Source: an uncultured Bacteroidales bacterium (GTDB lineage: Bacteria; Bacteroidota; Bacteroidia; Bacteroidales; F082). From it: 64,000 nucleotides of DNA. The notes below the pieces were generated by a model, which worked only from the letters and a program-made list of their open reading frames with translations, was not told where the DNA came from and searched no databases. This document shows positions 34,149-41,295 of this stretch, one piece after another. The stretch's first letter is position 1. Each line of letters opens with the position of its first letter. Location of the stretch: NCBI GenBank assembly GCA_946408345.1, contig CAMJRR010000012.1:1993-65992 (forward strand). Direction: 5' to 3'. The translations under genes were made by a program, and so were the position numbers.

Positions 34149-34221
34149 TGCGGGGTAGAGCAGCGGCCAGCTCACTGGGCTCATATCCCAGAGGTCGGCG
34201 GTTCGAATCCGTCCCCCGCTA
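34149..34221 (+). tRNA. tRNA-Met(CAT), initiator type
   Basis: The cloverleaf fits standard numbering. T1:T72 is mismatched, A11:T24 pairs, and three G:C pairs (29-31/39-41) close the anticodon stem. The loop is CTCATAT and the T loop TTCGAAT. No CCA is encoded. Confidence 0.85.
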
Positions 34222-34296
34222 CAAGGAGAGCGTTTAGATGTCCCGGCAAACTCCTAACCAAACAGGCAACATCAAGTGAGTGAGAATCTCACAAAC

Positions 34297-34401
34297 GGGG
34301 ATGTCGCCCAGAGGCAGGGCATTCCGTGTAAAGGGTAGCAGAACAGAAGCACGGAGTAATAGTTCGCTTGAGAGACGCGGGTTCGAATCCCGCTTTCCCC
34401 A
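34297..34401 (+). ncRNA. aberrant 105-nt tRNA-like element
   Basis: Good D arm (GCCC-AGAGGCA-GGGC) and T arm (GCGGG-TTCGAAT-CCCGC). The acceptor GGGGATG/TTTCCCC is imperfect. The anticodon position holds an 8-bp stem with a 21-nt loop, followed by a 20-nt linker. Confidence 0.45.
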
Positions 34402-34838
34402 CCGTTCCTTCAGCCGTAGGGATATGGCTGTCGCAAAGAGACAACACATTATTATTCACTTAATCAAAGCCGGTGCAAAAGGACACCGTCGGGTGCGAGC
34501 CCCGCGATTTTCTTTTTGTTGTGACAAATGAGATGCAGAGTATAGATGGCGTTGTCTTCTGATTTTTCCACACTCGCAGCTACGGGCAACGGGCGACGGC
34601 AACGCCGCCCTGGTCCCACAAAAGCTACGAAGACAAACGGAAGGGTTAGACCTCCAAAGGGGAGGTGAGATAAGTACCCCATGGTGTGCAGGTTTGGATT
34701 AAAGTGCTCGGGACTGCACACCACGCTTACCGGAAGCTTGGCCCGCCGTTCGACTCGGCACCCTTCCACGTTCTGGACTCGCCAAAACTCGACTACTACT
34801 AACAAGAAAGCTCACCGCCCGCCAAGGCCAGCTTATCA

Positions 34839-35186
34839 ATGTCCAAAGGTGGTACAGCGGGCAACTTTGAAACGATGGACAATTTGAGGGAACAATGGAA
34901 TGAAGCATGCCTGCAAACCGGGCTACCCGCCTTGACACTTGCAACGAGCGCAAGGCTGATGGCGATACTGATGCACTTCGGCAACAACGAAGCCCTGGTG
35001 CTTTCGCCCAACTTCCGCGCCGACTGCAAATACATAAAGATCCGCTACCATTTGCGAGGTAGCGAGGTGCCCGACCCCGAATTTGCGGAGGCGTTCAGAC
35101 CTGTAGAGAAAGAGTTGCGAGACCTTGACCAACCGCCTGAATGGGCCGTCAGACTGATGAAAGAAATGTATAATATCAACCTATAA
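34839..35186 (+). CDS. hypothetical protein, paralog of 10084-10455
   Basis: 115 aa. Shared blocks include SARLMAILMHFGNNEA and LMKEMYNI. Confidence 0.65.
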   Translation: MSKGGTAGNFETMDNLREQWNEACLQTGLPALTLATSARLMAILMHFGNNEALVLSPNFRADCKYIKIRYHLRGSEVPDPEFAEAFRPVEKELRDLDQPPEWAVRLMKEMYNINL

Positions 35187-35326
35187 TGCAAGACCTCGAC
35201 TACCAGAATATCATACAAGAGCACGAGGACTACCCCGGACGCTCGGGCTGCGGCCCCATCCTCATCACGCTTGTCATCATCGCCGTGTTTTGGGCGGTGG
35301 TCGGCGGTATCTACCTGTTCACGTAA
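35186..35326 (+). CDS. holin-like small membrane protein (46 aa)
   Basis: Hand-translated MQDLDYQNIIQEHEDYPGRSGCGPILITLVIIAVFWAVVGGIYLFT. It has one TM segment and lies directly upstream of the endolysin candidate. Confidence 0.5.
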   Translation: MQDLDYQNIIQEHEDYPGRSGCGPILITLVIIAVFWAVVGGIYLFT

Positions 35327-35359
35327 TTATCAATTATCAATTCCCAATTCCCAATTATA
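35325..35359 (+). repeat. heptanucleotide tandem repeat (5 units)
   Basis: AATTATC x2, AATTCCC x2 and AATTATA. The last unit overlaps ATG 35359. Confidence 0.85.
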
Positions 35360-35823
35360 TGAAGCTGACACTCGAACGACGCTACAAATGCAACGGCTAC
35401 ACCATTGGCCGCCTCCTCGTTGACGGGAAATACTTCTGCGACACGCTGGAAGACACCGACCGCGGCCTGTCGGACGACATGACCAAGGCCGAAATACATG
35501 CACGAAAGCTGAAGCACATCACCGCCATCCCGACAGGGGTGTACTACATCACGCTTGGCGTGTTGTCGCCCAAGTTCGGCAGCGACTTGTTCTATAAGGT
35601 GGTATGCAAGGGTATGTTGCCCAGGCTGATGGGCGTGAAGGGCTTCGACGGTATCCTCATCCATTGCGGCAACACGGCCAAGGATACCGACGGCTGTATC
35701 ATCGTAGGAGAAAACAAGGTGAAAGGCCAGGTGATCAATTCGAAGACCACCTTCCGCAGGCTCTATCCCCTGCTGTGGAAGGCTTGGAAAGAGGAGGGAA
35801 TCATAACCATCACCGTGAAATGA
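35359..35823 (+). CDS. DUF5675-like cell-wall enzyme (endolysin candidate)
   Basis: 154 aa. GRLLVDGKYFCDTLED and ILIHCGNTAKDTDGCIIVG, an H-x-GN...D-x-GC motif reminiscent of YkuD-type L,D-transpeptidase/carboxypeptidase active sites. Confidence 0.6.
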   Translation: MKLTLERRYKCNGYTIGRLLVDGKYFCDTLEDTDRGLSDDMTKAEIHARKLKHITAIPTGVYYITLGVLSPKFGSDLFYKVVCKGMLPRLMGVKGFDGILIHCGNTAKDTDGCIIVGENKVKGQVINSKTTFRRLYPLLWKAWKEEGIITITVK

Positions 35824-36347
35824 GAAAGATTTTTTTCGTCATAATGCTATTATTGATTGGTTTTCTCCCCGGTTGCCGAGGCCAACGGCAGATGGATACC
35901 ACCGCAACGCAGCAGCACACCGAGGAGATAGGCGTGGAGTTCCACGACCTGCAAAGGTTTTGGAACTCCCTCGCTGAACGGCTGCATTACAAGATTGAGT
36001 TCTACCCTCCGATAATCGACCAAGGGGCTACCAAACCTACCGACCCTACAAATTGCACCGTCATCGACCCGAACGCATCTGTTCCACCTGCGTACAATAC
36101 TGCGAACGCTGGATGCGGAATCGGCTCGGTGAAAAGCATCGAGTTCGGCAGCGAACGCATCGCGGCTGACTCGTCGTTTGCACAGACCGACAGCACAGCG
36201 GACTTTAAATCCGCAGAGGCTTCGGACGAGCATACTGAAAAAGCGTCGGAGCTGCGGCAGGACAATGGCACAGTGGCAACAGTGTGCATTGTCTTTGCCG
36301 TGGCCGCCTTGATATACATAATGTTTCGCCAATTCCTGAAGAAATGA
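35820..36347 (+). CDS. lipoprotein with C-terminal TM segment (unimolecular-spanin-like)
   Basis: 175 aa from ATG 35820. Lipobox LLLIGFLPGC and C-terminal TVATVCIVFAVAALIYIMF. Confidence 0.55.
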   Translation: MRKIFFVIMLLLIGFLPGCRGQRQMDTTATQQHTEEIGVEFHDLQRFWNSLAERLHYKIEFYPPIIDQGATKPTDPTNCTVIDPNASVPPAYNTANAGCGIGSVKSIEFGSERIAADSSFAQTDSTADFKSAEASDEHTEKASELRQDNGTVATVCIVFAVAALIYIMFRQFLKK

Positions 36348-36499
36348 TGCGTTGGCTGCAAATAGACAGGGATGTAGTGGTGCTACAGTACGAGGAACAC
36401 GACGGAAAGATTACGCCAGGCCGCCTACAGGTGATGCCTGTTGGCGTTTGGATGAACATACTAAAACGAATGAGAGATGAAGAGATACAAAGACCCTAA
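36344..36499 (+). CDS. hypothetical small protein
   Basis: 51 aa from ATG 36344 (ATGA overlap). Confidence 0.45.
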   Translation: MMRWLQIDRDVVVLQYEEHDGKITPGRLQVMPVGVWMNILKRMRDEEIQRP

Positions 36500-36722
36500 G
36501 AACGACCGCTACCAGTTTCTGGTGCGCGAGACCCTGAATGGCTACAGCATCGAGGTGCTGATAGTGCCAACGGGCGACATCGTGGGCCTCACGCTTTCGA
36601 ATGCCGCAAGCATTCACGTGACCATTCCGAAGCCCTACCGGCTGCAGAGCTGCACCGAAGAGGCCGCCGAGAAGCAGCTCGATGAACTGGCCGCGCTCAA
36701 TGGATGGGCGGCAATCGAATAA
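36477..36722 (+). CDS. hypothetical protein
   Basis: 81-aa ORF followed by a terminator. Confidence 0.55.
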   Translation: MKRYKDPKNDRYQFLVRETLNGYSIEVLIVPTGDIVGLTLSNAASIHVTIPKPYRLQSCTEEAAEKQLDELAALNGWAAIE

Positions 36723-36757
36723 GAAACGCTTTTTTTTTCATACTTTATATTGTTTTT

Positions 36758-36792
36758 CCTCCGTGGTTCGCCCGAATCGCGGAGGTTTTTTT
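36758..36792 (+). terminator. rho-independent terminator
   Basis: CCTCCG...CGGAGG stem followed by TTTTTTT. Confidence 0.65.
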
Positions 36793-36865
36793 GTGCCTGA
36801 AGAAAAAAATGCACTTTTTTTTGAAAAAAAATGGGGAAAATTGTTGTTAGTACGAATATTTGTAT

Positions 36866-36873
36866 TATCTTTG
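36866..36873 (+). promoter_or_regulatory. -7 promoter box (TATCTTTG)
   Basis: 31 nt upstream of ATG 36904. Confidence 0.5.
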
Positions 36874-36903
36874 CATCGTCTTAATCAATCAAACACAACA
36901 ACA

Positions 36904-37053
36904 ATGAAAACAGTAAAAGTAGAACTAACAGAAAAAGAAAACGACTTGATCCAAGCCATCAGAAATTACAGAAAGAGTTACATCTTCTCAAGCCGCCAGA
37001 TTGAGCTTTTCATCGAGACAACCCTTGCGGAACTGATGGCAGGCGAAGAATGA
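36904..37053 (+). CDS. hypothetical small protein
   Basis: 49 aa from ATG 36904, downstream of the promoter box. Confidence 0.45.
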   Translation: MKTVKVELTEKENDLIQAIRNYRKSYIFSSRQIELFIETTLAELMAGEE

Positions 37054-37105
37054 CAAACCAACGGGTTCCACCGCACGGTGGAACCCTCTCAAAAACAATA
37101 TCATC

Positions 37106-37363
37106 ATGGCAACAATGACACTGAAAGAATCCCAACAGGGAACGATGAAGAAACAAATGGAAGACATACTTTTGGCCATATCATGGCGCGAACTCTCGAC
37201 TCGCTATTTCGGGAAATCATGCTCGTGGCTATACCACAAACTTGACGGCGTGGATGGCAATAAGAAGCCGACCGACTTCACTACTGAAGAGCGCTTCCAA
37301 TTGAAAGGGGCGTTGGTGGACCTGGCCGACCGCATTCGCCGTGCCGCCGATACCATCCAATAA
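37106..37363 (+). CDS. DUF5053-like protein
   Basis: 85 aa. ISWRELSTRYFGKSCSWLYHKLDG...FTTEE resembles the Bacteroidales DUF5053 pattern (from memory, not searched). Confidence 0.5.
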   Translation: MATMTLKESQQGTMKKQMEDILLAISWRELSTRYFGKSCSWLYHKLDGVDGNKKPTDFTTEERFQLKGALVDLADRIRRAADTIQ

Positions 37364-37428
37364 GCCCACGGCCGTTGTGTGCCGTTGATTAAGACAGAAG
37401 CCGCCGCCAGGGCTTGCGGCGCAGATTG

Positions 37429-37453
37429 GCCCGTGCTTCGGCATGGGCTTTTT
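37429..37453 (+). terminator. rho-independent terminator
   Basis: GCCCGTGC-ttcg-GCATGGGC followed by TTTTT. Confidence 0.7.
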
Positions 37454-37457
37454 CTTT

Positions 37458-37485
37458 ATCATTTTCCTGACGTCAGGAAGATGAT
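37458..37485. repeat. 28-bp near-perfect palindrome with a 16-bp perfect core TTCCTGACGTCAGGAA
   Basis: The core spans 37464-37479. The perfect palindrome ATGATATCAT is adjacent at 37481-37490. Confidence 0.85.
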
Positions 37486-37727
37486 ATCATATTGCTGACG
37501 CCAGCAAAATGATACTTTGCTCCCGACATCAATGTCGCCAGCAAAGCCTTATGTTACTTTTTCGCGGAAAATGTAACATAACGCCTCCATCATGTTCGAT
37601 TTTTCACATTTTCTGTACCTGAAAAGCGGCTTTTTTACACATTATCGACAGAATATGTACCCAAAACAGCGTTTTAGGGTACATGTTTAGCGGCAATTTT
37701 TGTCATTCCTTTCACAATTCGCCTTTC

Positions 37728-37765
37728 TACTTTTGCTATCCGAAAGCGGAAAACACCGCTTTCGG
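37728..37765 (+). promoter_or_regulatory. -7 box (TACTTTTG) followed by a 10-bp perfect hairpin at the transcript 5' end
   Basis: The box lies at 37728-37735. CCGAAAGCGG (37740-37749) pairs with CCGCTTTCGG (37756-37765). Confidence 0.55.
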
Positions 37766-37805
37766 ACCAATAACCTATTTATCAACCATTTAAATTCTTA
37801 AAGCT

Positions 37806-38261
37806 ATGAGAATTAAGACATCAGACGGGGAAGTGAACGTGACTCCCCAAGGACAAGGAACGCTGGCTTTGGTGCTCGGCGCCGTCGGCACCCTCGGCAC
37901 TTTGATGAGCGGCGGCAACCTGCTCGGACTCGGTGGCGGCAACAACAACCGCCCGCAACCTGCTGAAGGCGACCGCCCCGTGACCCGCTACGAAATGGGC
38001 CTCATCCGCGAGAGCATCGCCAAGGACACCGAGATTGCCATGCTGAAAGGACAGCAGTACACCGACCGCGCCATGGCAGGCGTGCAGCAGCAAATCGGGA
38101 TGCAGCAGACCTGGAACGCCGTCCAGCAGCAGAACATCGCCATGATGAAGAAGCAACTGGGCGACATCACCAAGTTCGTGGTGCCGATCACATCCATCGA
38201 CCCTGTCCCGACCACGGGCACGACCACCCAAACCACCCAACAGCAGGGAGGCGGACAATAA
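37806..38261 (+). CDS. hypothetical protein, Gly-rich hydrophobic N-region and Q/T-rich C-terminus
   Basis: 151-aa ORF. Confidence 0.6.
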   Translation: MRIKTSDGEVNVTPQGQGTLALVLGAVGTLGTLMSGGNLLGLGGGNNNRPQPAEGDRPVTRYEMGLIRESIAKDTEIAMLKGQQYTDRAMAGVQQQIGMQQTWNAVQQQNIAMMKKQLGDITKFVVPITSIDPVPTTGTTTQTTQQQGGGQ

Positions 38262-38329
38262 TCATTGAATCATCGGCAAAGTGCCGCGCCAATCGCGCTG
38301 CGGCACTTCGCCATTAATATCAACACACT

Positions 38330-38764
38330 ATGTACAGCAACACGGAAATCCTCACGGCAGTCATCGTCACTTGGGCAAAGCCCATGGTGGACGAAATCGT
38401 GGCCAACAGGCTCGGCAACCTCCAGCCCGTGGCCACCGCAAGCGAATGGGTGAAGAAATACTTCCCCGTGCCCAACAACTACAGCATCGTCAACGACCTC
38501 AGCTTCCTCGCCGTGCCAGCCTCGGAGATGATGGTGGGCAACTTTGTCCGTCAGGGCCTCGAAAAGTTGAACGTGAAGGACCAGGACGTTCCGGCCTACG
38601 CCGCGCGAATCGTAGACTCGCTGATTGAAGAGGCCGACAAGAAGGGCTGCGTCTCTCTTTTCAACACCATCGAACTGGAAAAGAGCGACCTTGAGAAGCT
38701 GCGCTACCTGCTGCGTAAGAACCTGCCTGTCGGGGAATTCACCAAGTACGAAGTTGTACAATAA
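38330..38764 (+). CDS. hypothetical structural protein
   Basis: 144-aa ORF. Confidence 0.6.
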   Translation: MYSNTEILTAVIVTWAKPMVDEIVANRLGNLQPVATASEWVKKYFPVPNNYSIVNDLSFLAVPASEMMVGNFVRQGLEKLNVKDQDVPAYAARIVDSLIEEADKKGCVSLFNTIELEKSDLEKLRYLLRKNLPVGEFTKYEVVQ

Positions 38765-38781
38765 CCTAAAACCGAAACAAT

Positions 38782-39258
38782 ATGCTGAACTATAAGGAAT
38801 TGATTCAATCCTCGCAAGGCGGCGAGGATAAGATGTGGGAGTCGGTCGACCGTGTGTGCCACTTGCTCGACGAGCTGAAGGATACCCATCCCGAGATGGT
38901 CCGCAAGTTTATGGAGAAGGAGTATGAAGCCCTCAACGGCCAGCACCTCAACGAGTGGATTGCACGGAAGATGGTGCAGATGATGCACCACACCGCCACC
39001 GACGGCAGCACCGTGAAAGGCGAGGCCGTCACGCCCGAAGAGGCCATGACCCTCATTGCCGACAAGCCCGCCGAAAAGCAGGCCAAGTGCAAGTGGGACA
39101 CCTACGTTGCCGCCAACGCCTTCGCCCACGACCTTGGCGCAACCGGCATGTCCAAAGCCGACATTATGAAGGCCGCCAAGGCTTTCTGGTTCCACGACGA
39201 AGACCTTGGCAACAAGCACAAGGTCTACTGGTACTTCAAGGACTGGATTTTCGAATAA
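38782..39258 (+). CDS. hypothetical structural protein
   Basis: 158-aa ORF. Confidence 0.6.
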   Translation: MLNYKELIQSSQGGEDKMWESVDRVCHLLDELKDTHPEMVRKFMEKEYEALNGQHLNEWIARKMVQMMHHTATDGSTVKGEAVTPEEAMTLIADKPAEKQAKCKWDTYVAANAFAHDLGATGMSKADIMKAAKAFWFHDEDLGNKHKVYWYFKDWIFE

Positions 39259-39311
39259 GCCTAACCACGGAAGCCCTGCCCCACGGCGGGGCTTCCACAT
39301 AACAGAACACT

Positions 39312-39770
39312 ATGATCACCATCGACTACCTGAAGAAAACATTGCGCGGTTTCGTACTTTCAGACGGCCAGACCGTTGACACGAACCGTATCCTCGTTGA
39401 CGCGCCCGACATCCAGGAAGGCCTCACGCAACTCTGCCAGAAGAAGGAACCGCCGATAGCCATCCTCTTCGAGGAAGCCTTCCACTATGACGACGACGAC
39501 CGCAACGACGTGCCCTACACCCGATTCGAGCAATCGATCTACGTGATGCGCATGGTGCGAAGCGAGAAAGGCAGCCGCGCCGAGGAACTGAAATGCTTCG
39601 CCGACGTGAAGCGCATCCGCGCCCTGCTGCTCAAAAAGCAATACGAGGGCGACGAGGAACTGAAGGGCTGGAACCGCACCGCCCGCCGCGACTTCGTGAG
39701 CGGAGCCGCCAACTATGTGGGCTGGAAGCTGAAGCTGCCCTTTGTGGAAGAAGAAAGCTGGGAATTGTAG
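39312..39770 (+). CDS. hypothetical neck/tail protein
   Basis: 152-aa ORF. Confidence 0.6.
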   Translation: MITIDYLKKTLRGFVLSDGQTVDTNRILVDAPDIQEGLTQLCQKKEPPIAILFEEAFHYDDDDRNDVPYTRFEQSIYVMRMVRSEKGSRAEELKCFADVKRIRALLLKKQYEGDEELKGWNRTARRDFVSGAANYVGWKLKLPFVEEESWEL

Positions 39771-39773
39771 GCT

Positions 39774-40262
39774 ATGGCACAGAATTACGGCACAAGGGGC
39801 AATGCGGACGAGTTTCGCGTCAACTGGGACCGCTTCGGCGAGATTGTCATAGAGAAATGGCAGAAGAAGCTGCTCGAAAAGGATGTCTATGACACGGGCA
39901 ACCTCTACCGCTCCATCGAGTACGGCTACCGCGCCACCAACGCCTTGAACCAAGTGGTGGGGCGCGGCCACGCCTCTGAGGTGAAGGCGGGCACCGTTCC
40001 CGATGTGTTCACCTTCAAGTTCCCGTTGTACGGAATTTATGTGGAGCGCGGCGTGGGGCGCGGCTACACGCGGGGCAACGGCGGCGACCTGGTGAAGTTC
40101 CGTGGCACGGGACGAGGCAGGGAGAGGCGCACCTGGTACTACCGTATCTTCGCCCACGAGCGGCACCGCCTTGGCGAACTCGTTGCCGAGCAATACGGAC
40201 GCGCCGCGGCCTCGATGATACATACTATTGAGGTGAAGAAGTTGTATTTCAGCGGGGGTTAG
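39774..40262 (+). CDS. HK97 gp10-like head-tail joining / tail completion protein
   Basis: 162 aa. DTGNLYRSIEY...FPLYGIYVERGVGRG resembles the gp10-family pattern. Confidence 0.5.
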   Translation: MAQNYGTRGNADEFRVNWDRFGEIVIEKWQKKLLEKDVYDTGNLYRSIEYGYRATNALNQVVGRGHASEVKAGTVPDVFTFKFPLYGIYVERGVGRGYTRGNGGDLVKFRGTGRGRERRTWYYRIFAHERHRLGELVAEQYGRAAASMIHTIEVKKLYFSGG

Positions 40263-40330
40263 GGTTTAGAGTTTAGAGTTTAGGGTTTAGGGTAGTTGGT
40301 AGTTGGTAGTTGGCAGTTGGCAGTTGGGAG
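40261..40330 (+). repeat. ten consecutive heptanucleotide units in two families
   Basis: AGGGTTT, AGAGTTT, AGAGTTT, AGGGTTT, AGGGTAG, then TTGGTAG x2, TTGGCAG x2 and TTGGGAG. Confidence 0.85.
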
Positions 40331-40377
40331 TTCTTTTGTAAAATTTTCGTTTCGCAATGCGGAACGAAAATAATTTG

Positions 40378-40385
40378 TATTTTTG
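40378..40385 (+). promoter_or_regulatory. -7 promoter box (TATTTTTG), preceded by a hairpin at 40346-40368
   Basis: TTCGTTTCGC-aat-GCGGAACGAA hairpin, followed by the box. Confidence 0.5.
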
Positions 40386-40393
40386 CCGCGTTA

Positions 40394-40429
40394 TTACAAA
40401 CGAAACTACAAACGAGATTACAAACGAAA
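40394..40429 (+). repeat. 12-nt A-rich tandem repeat x3 in a leader
   Basis: TTACAAACGAAA / CTACAAACGAGA / TTACAAACGAAA. Confidence 0.8.
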
Positions 40430-40440
40430 AGATTGTTGTC

Positions 40441-40641
40441 ATGAGAAAGCAGAACTACAGGACCGATTTCTTGTTTGCCAAGTCATCTTTTGCGATGGGT
40501 ATGGGTAGCCTTATGGGCATCTTTTCGGAATACTACACCTTCAACACTTCCGACACCGAGGCCAAGGCCGACCGAAAGGCTATGGAATCCGACTTTGCCG
40601 TTGCCGGAAGCGACCTGTACTCCGCATTGCTTGCGCTCTAA
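40441..40641 (+). CDS. hypothetical small protein
   Basis: 66 aa from ATG 40441. The ORF is open from ATG 40357, but that start lies upstream of the promoter box. Confidence 0.5.
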   Translation: MRKQNYRTDFLFAKSSFAMGMGSLMGIFSEYYTFNTSDTEAKADRKAMESDFAVAGSDLYSALLAL

Positions 40642-40654
40642 AACCGAGAACGAC

Positions 40655-41179
40655 ATGGAAGAAGCCCGCGTTATCCCCAATGAAAAAGAACAGGAGTTGC
40701 CTGCCGGAGAGAAGCAGGCAATCGATCCCGCGATTGAGGCCGTGCTGAAAGCCGTCCCCGACGACAAGAAAGAGGAGGCTATCAAGGCCATGGCCGTTAT
40801 CCAGCAGGAAATATTCTCAGGTCCCATCCCGCATCCGCGCCTGTTGGCTGAGTATGAGAAACTGATGCCGGGCAGCATGGACCGCTTTATGAAGATGGCA
40901 GAGCGGCAGCAAGCGCACCGCATGAAACTGGAAGACGCAGCCATCGAATCGCAACTGAAAACGAACAATCGTGGGCAGGTCTTTGGCTTCATACTGGCGG
41001 CGCTTGTCGTGCTTGGAGGAATAGGGATGGCCCTTATGGGAATGCCGTGGTTCGGCGTTCCGCTCACCGTGGGTATGATGGCCGTGCTTGTGGTGCTGTT
41101 CACCAAGGGCAAAATCCACATGGATGCCGACCTGAAAGGTAAGAAAGCGTCTGTCGATACTCAGTCAGCCGAAGAATAG
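40655..41179 (+). CDS. DUF2335-like membrane protein
   Basis: 174 aa from ATG 40655. FSGPIPHPRLLAEYEKLMPGSMDRFMKMAERQQAHR is followed by two TM segments. Confidence 0.6.
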   Translation: MEEARVIPNEKEQELPAGEKQAIDPAIEAVLKAVPDDKKEEAIKAMAVIQQEIFSGPIPHPRLLAEYEKLMPGSMDRFMKMAERQQAHRMKLEDAAIESQLKTNNRGQVFGFILAALVVLGGIGMALMGMPWFGVPLTVGMMAVLVVLFTKGKIHMDADLKGKKASVDTQSAEE

Positions 41180-41283
41180 CTTTGTTACAACCTTGAAAAC
41201 GACAAAGTTCCCACAAACCGGGAGCTTTTCCTTTTTTTTCCGCAATTTTCCCACAAAAATTGTTGCACAATTGAAATAAGCTG

Positions 41284-41291
41284 TATATTTG
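41284..41291 (+). promoter_or_regulatory. -7 promoter box (TATATTTGCAGCG)
   Basis: TATATTTG. Confidence 0.55.
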
Positions 41292-41295
41292 CAGC

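Noticed and set aside
34297-34838. tmRNA or two-piece tmRNA
   Set aside because: The T arm GACGCGGGTTCGAATCCCGC resembles tmRNA 3' ends. There is no GGGGCUGA-type 5' pairing partner, no resume codon with an ...ALAA-type tag frame, and no pseudoknot series that I could trace.
35604-36347. N-terminally extended versions of several ORFs in the track (also 40475-41179, 41425-41958, 26971-28164, 43226-47728, 49740-51281, 32680-33909)
   Set aside because: The extensions overlap upstream genes or promoters and have biased composition. Internal ATGs with signal peptides, ATGA coupling or promoter-compatible leaders were preferred.
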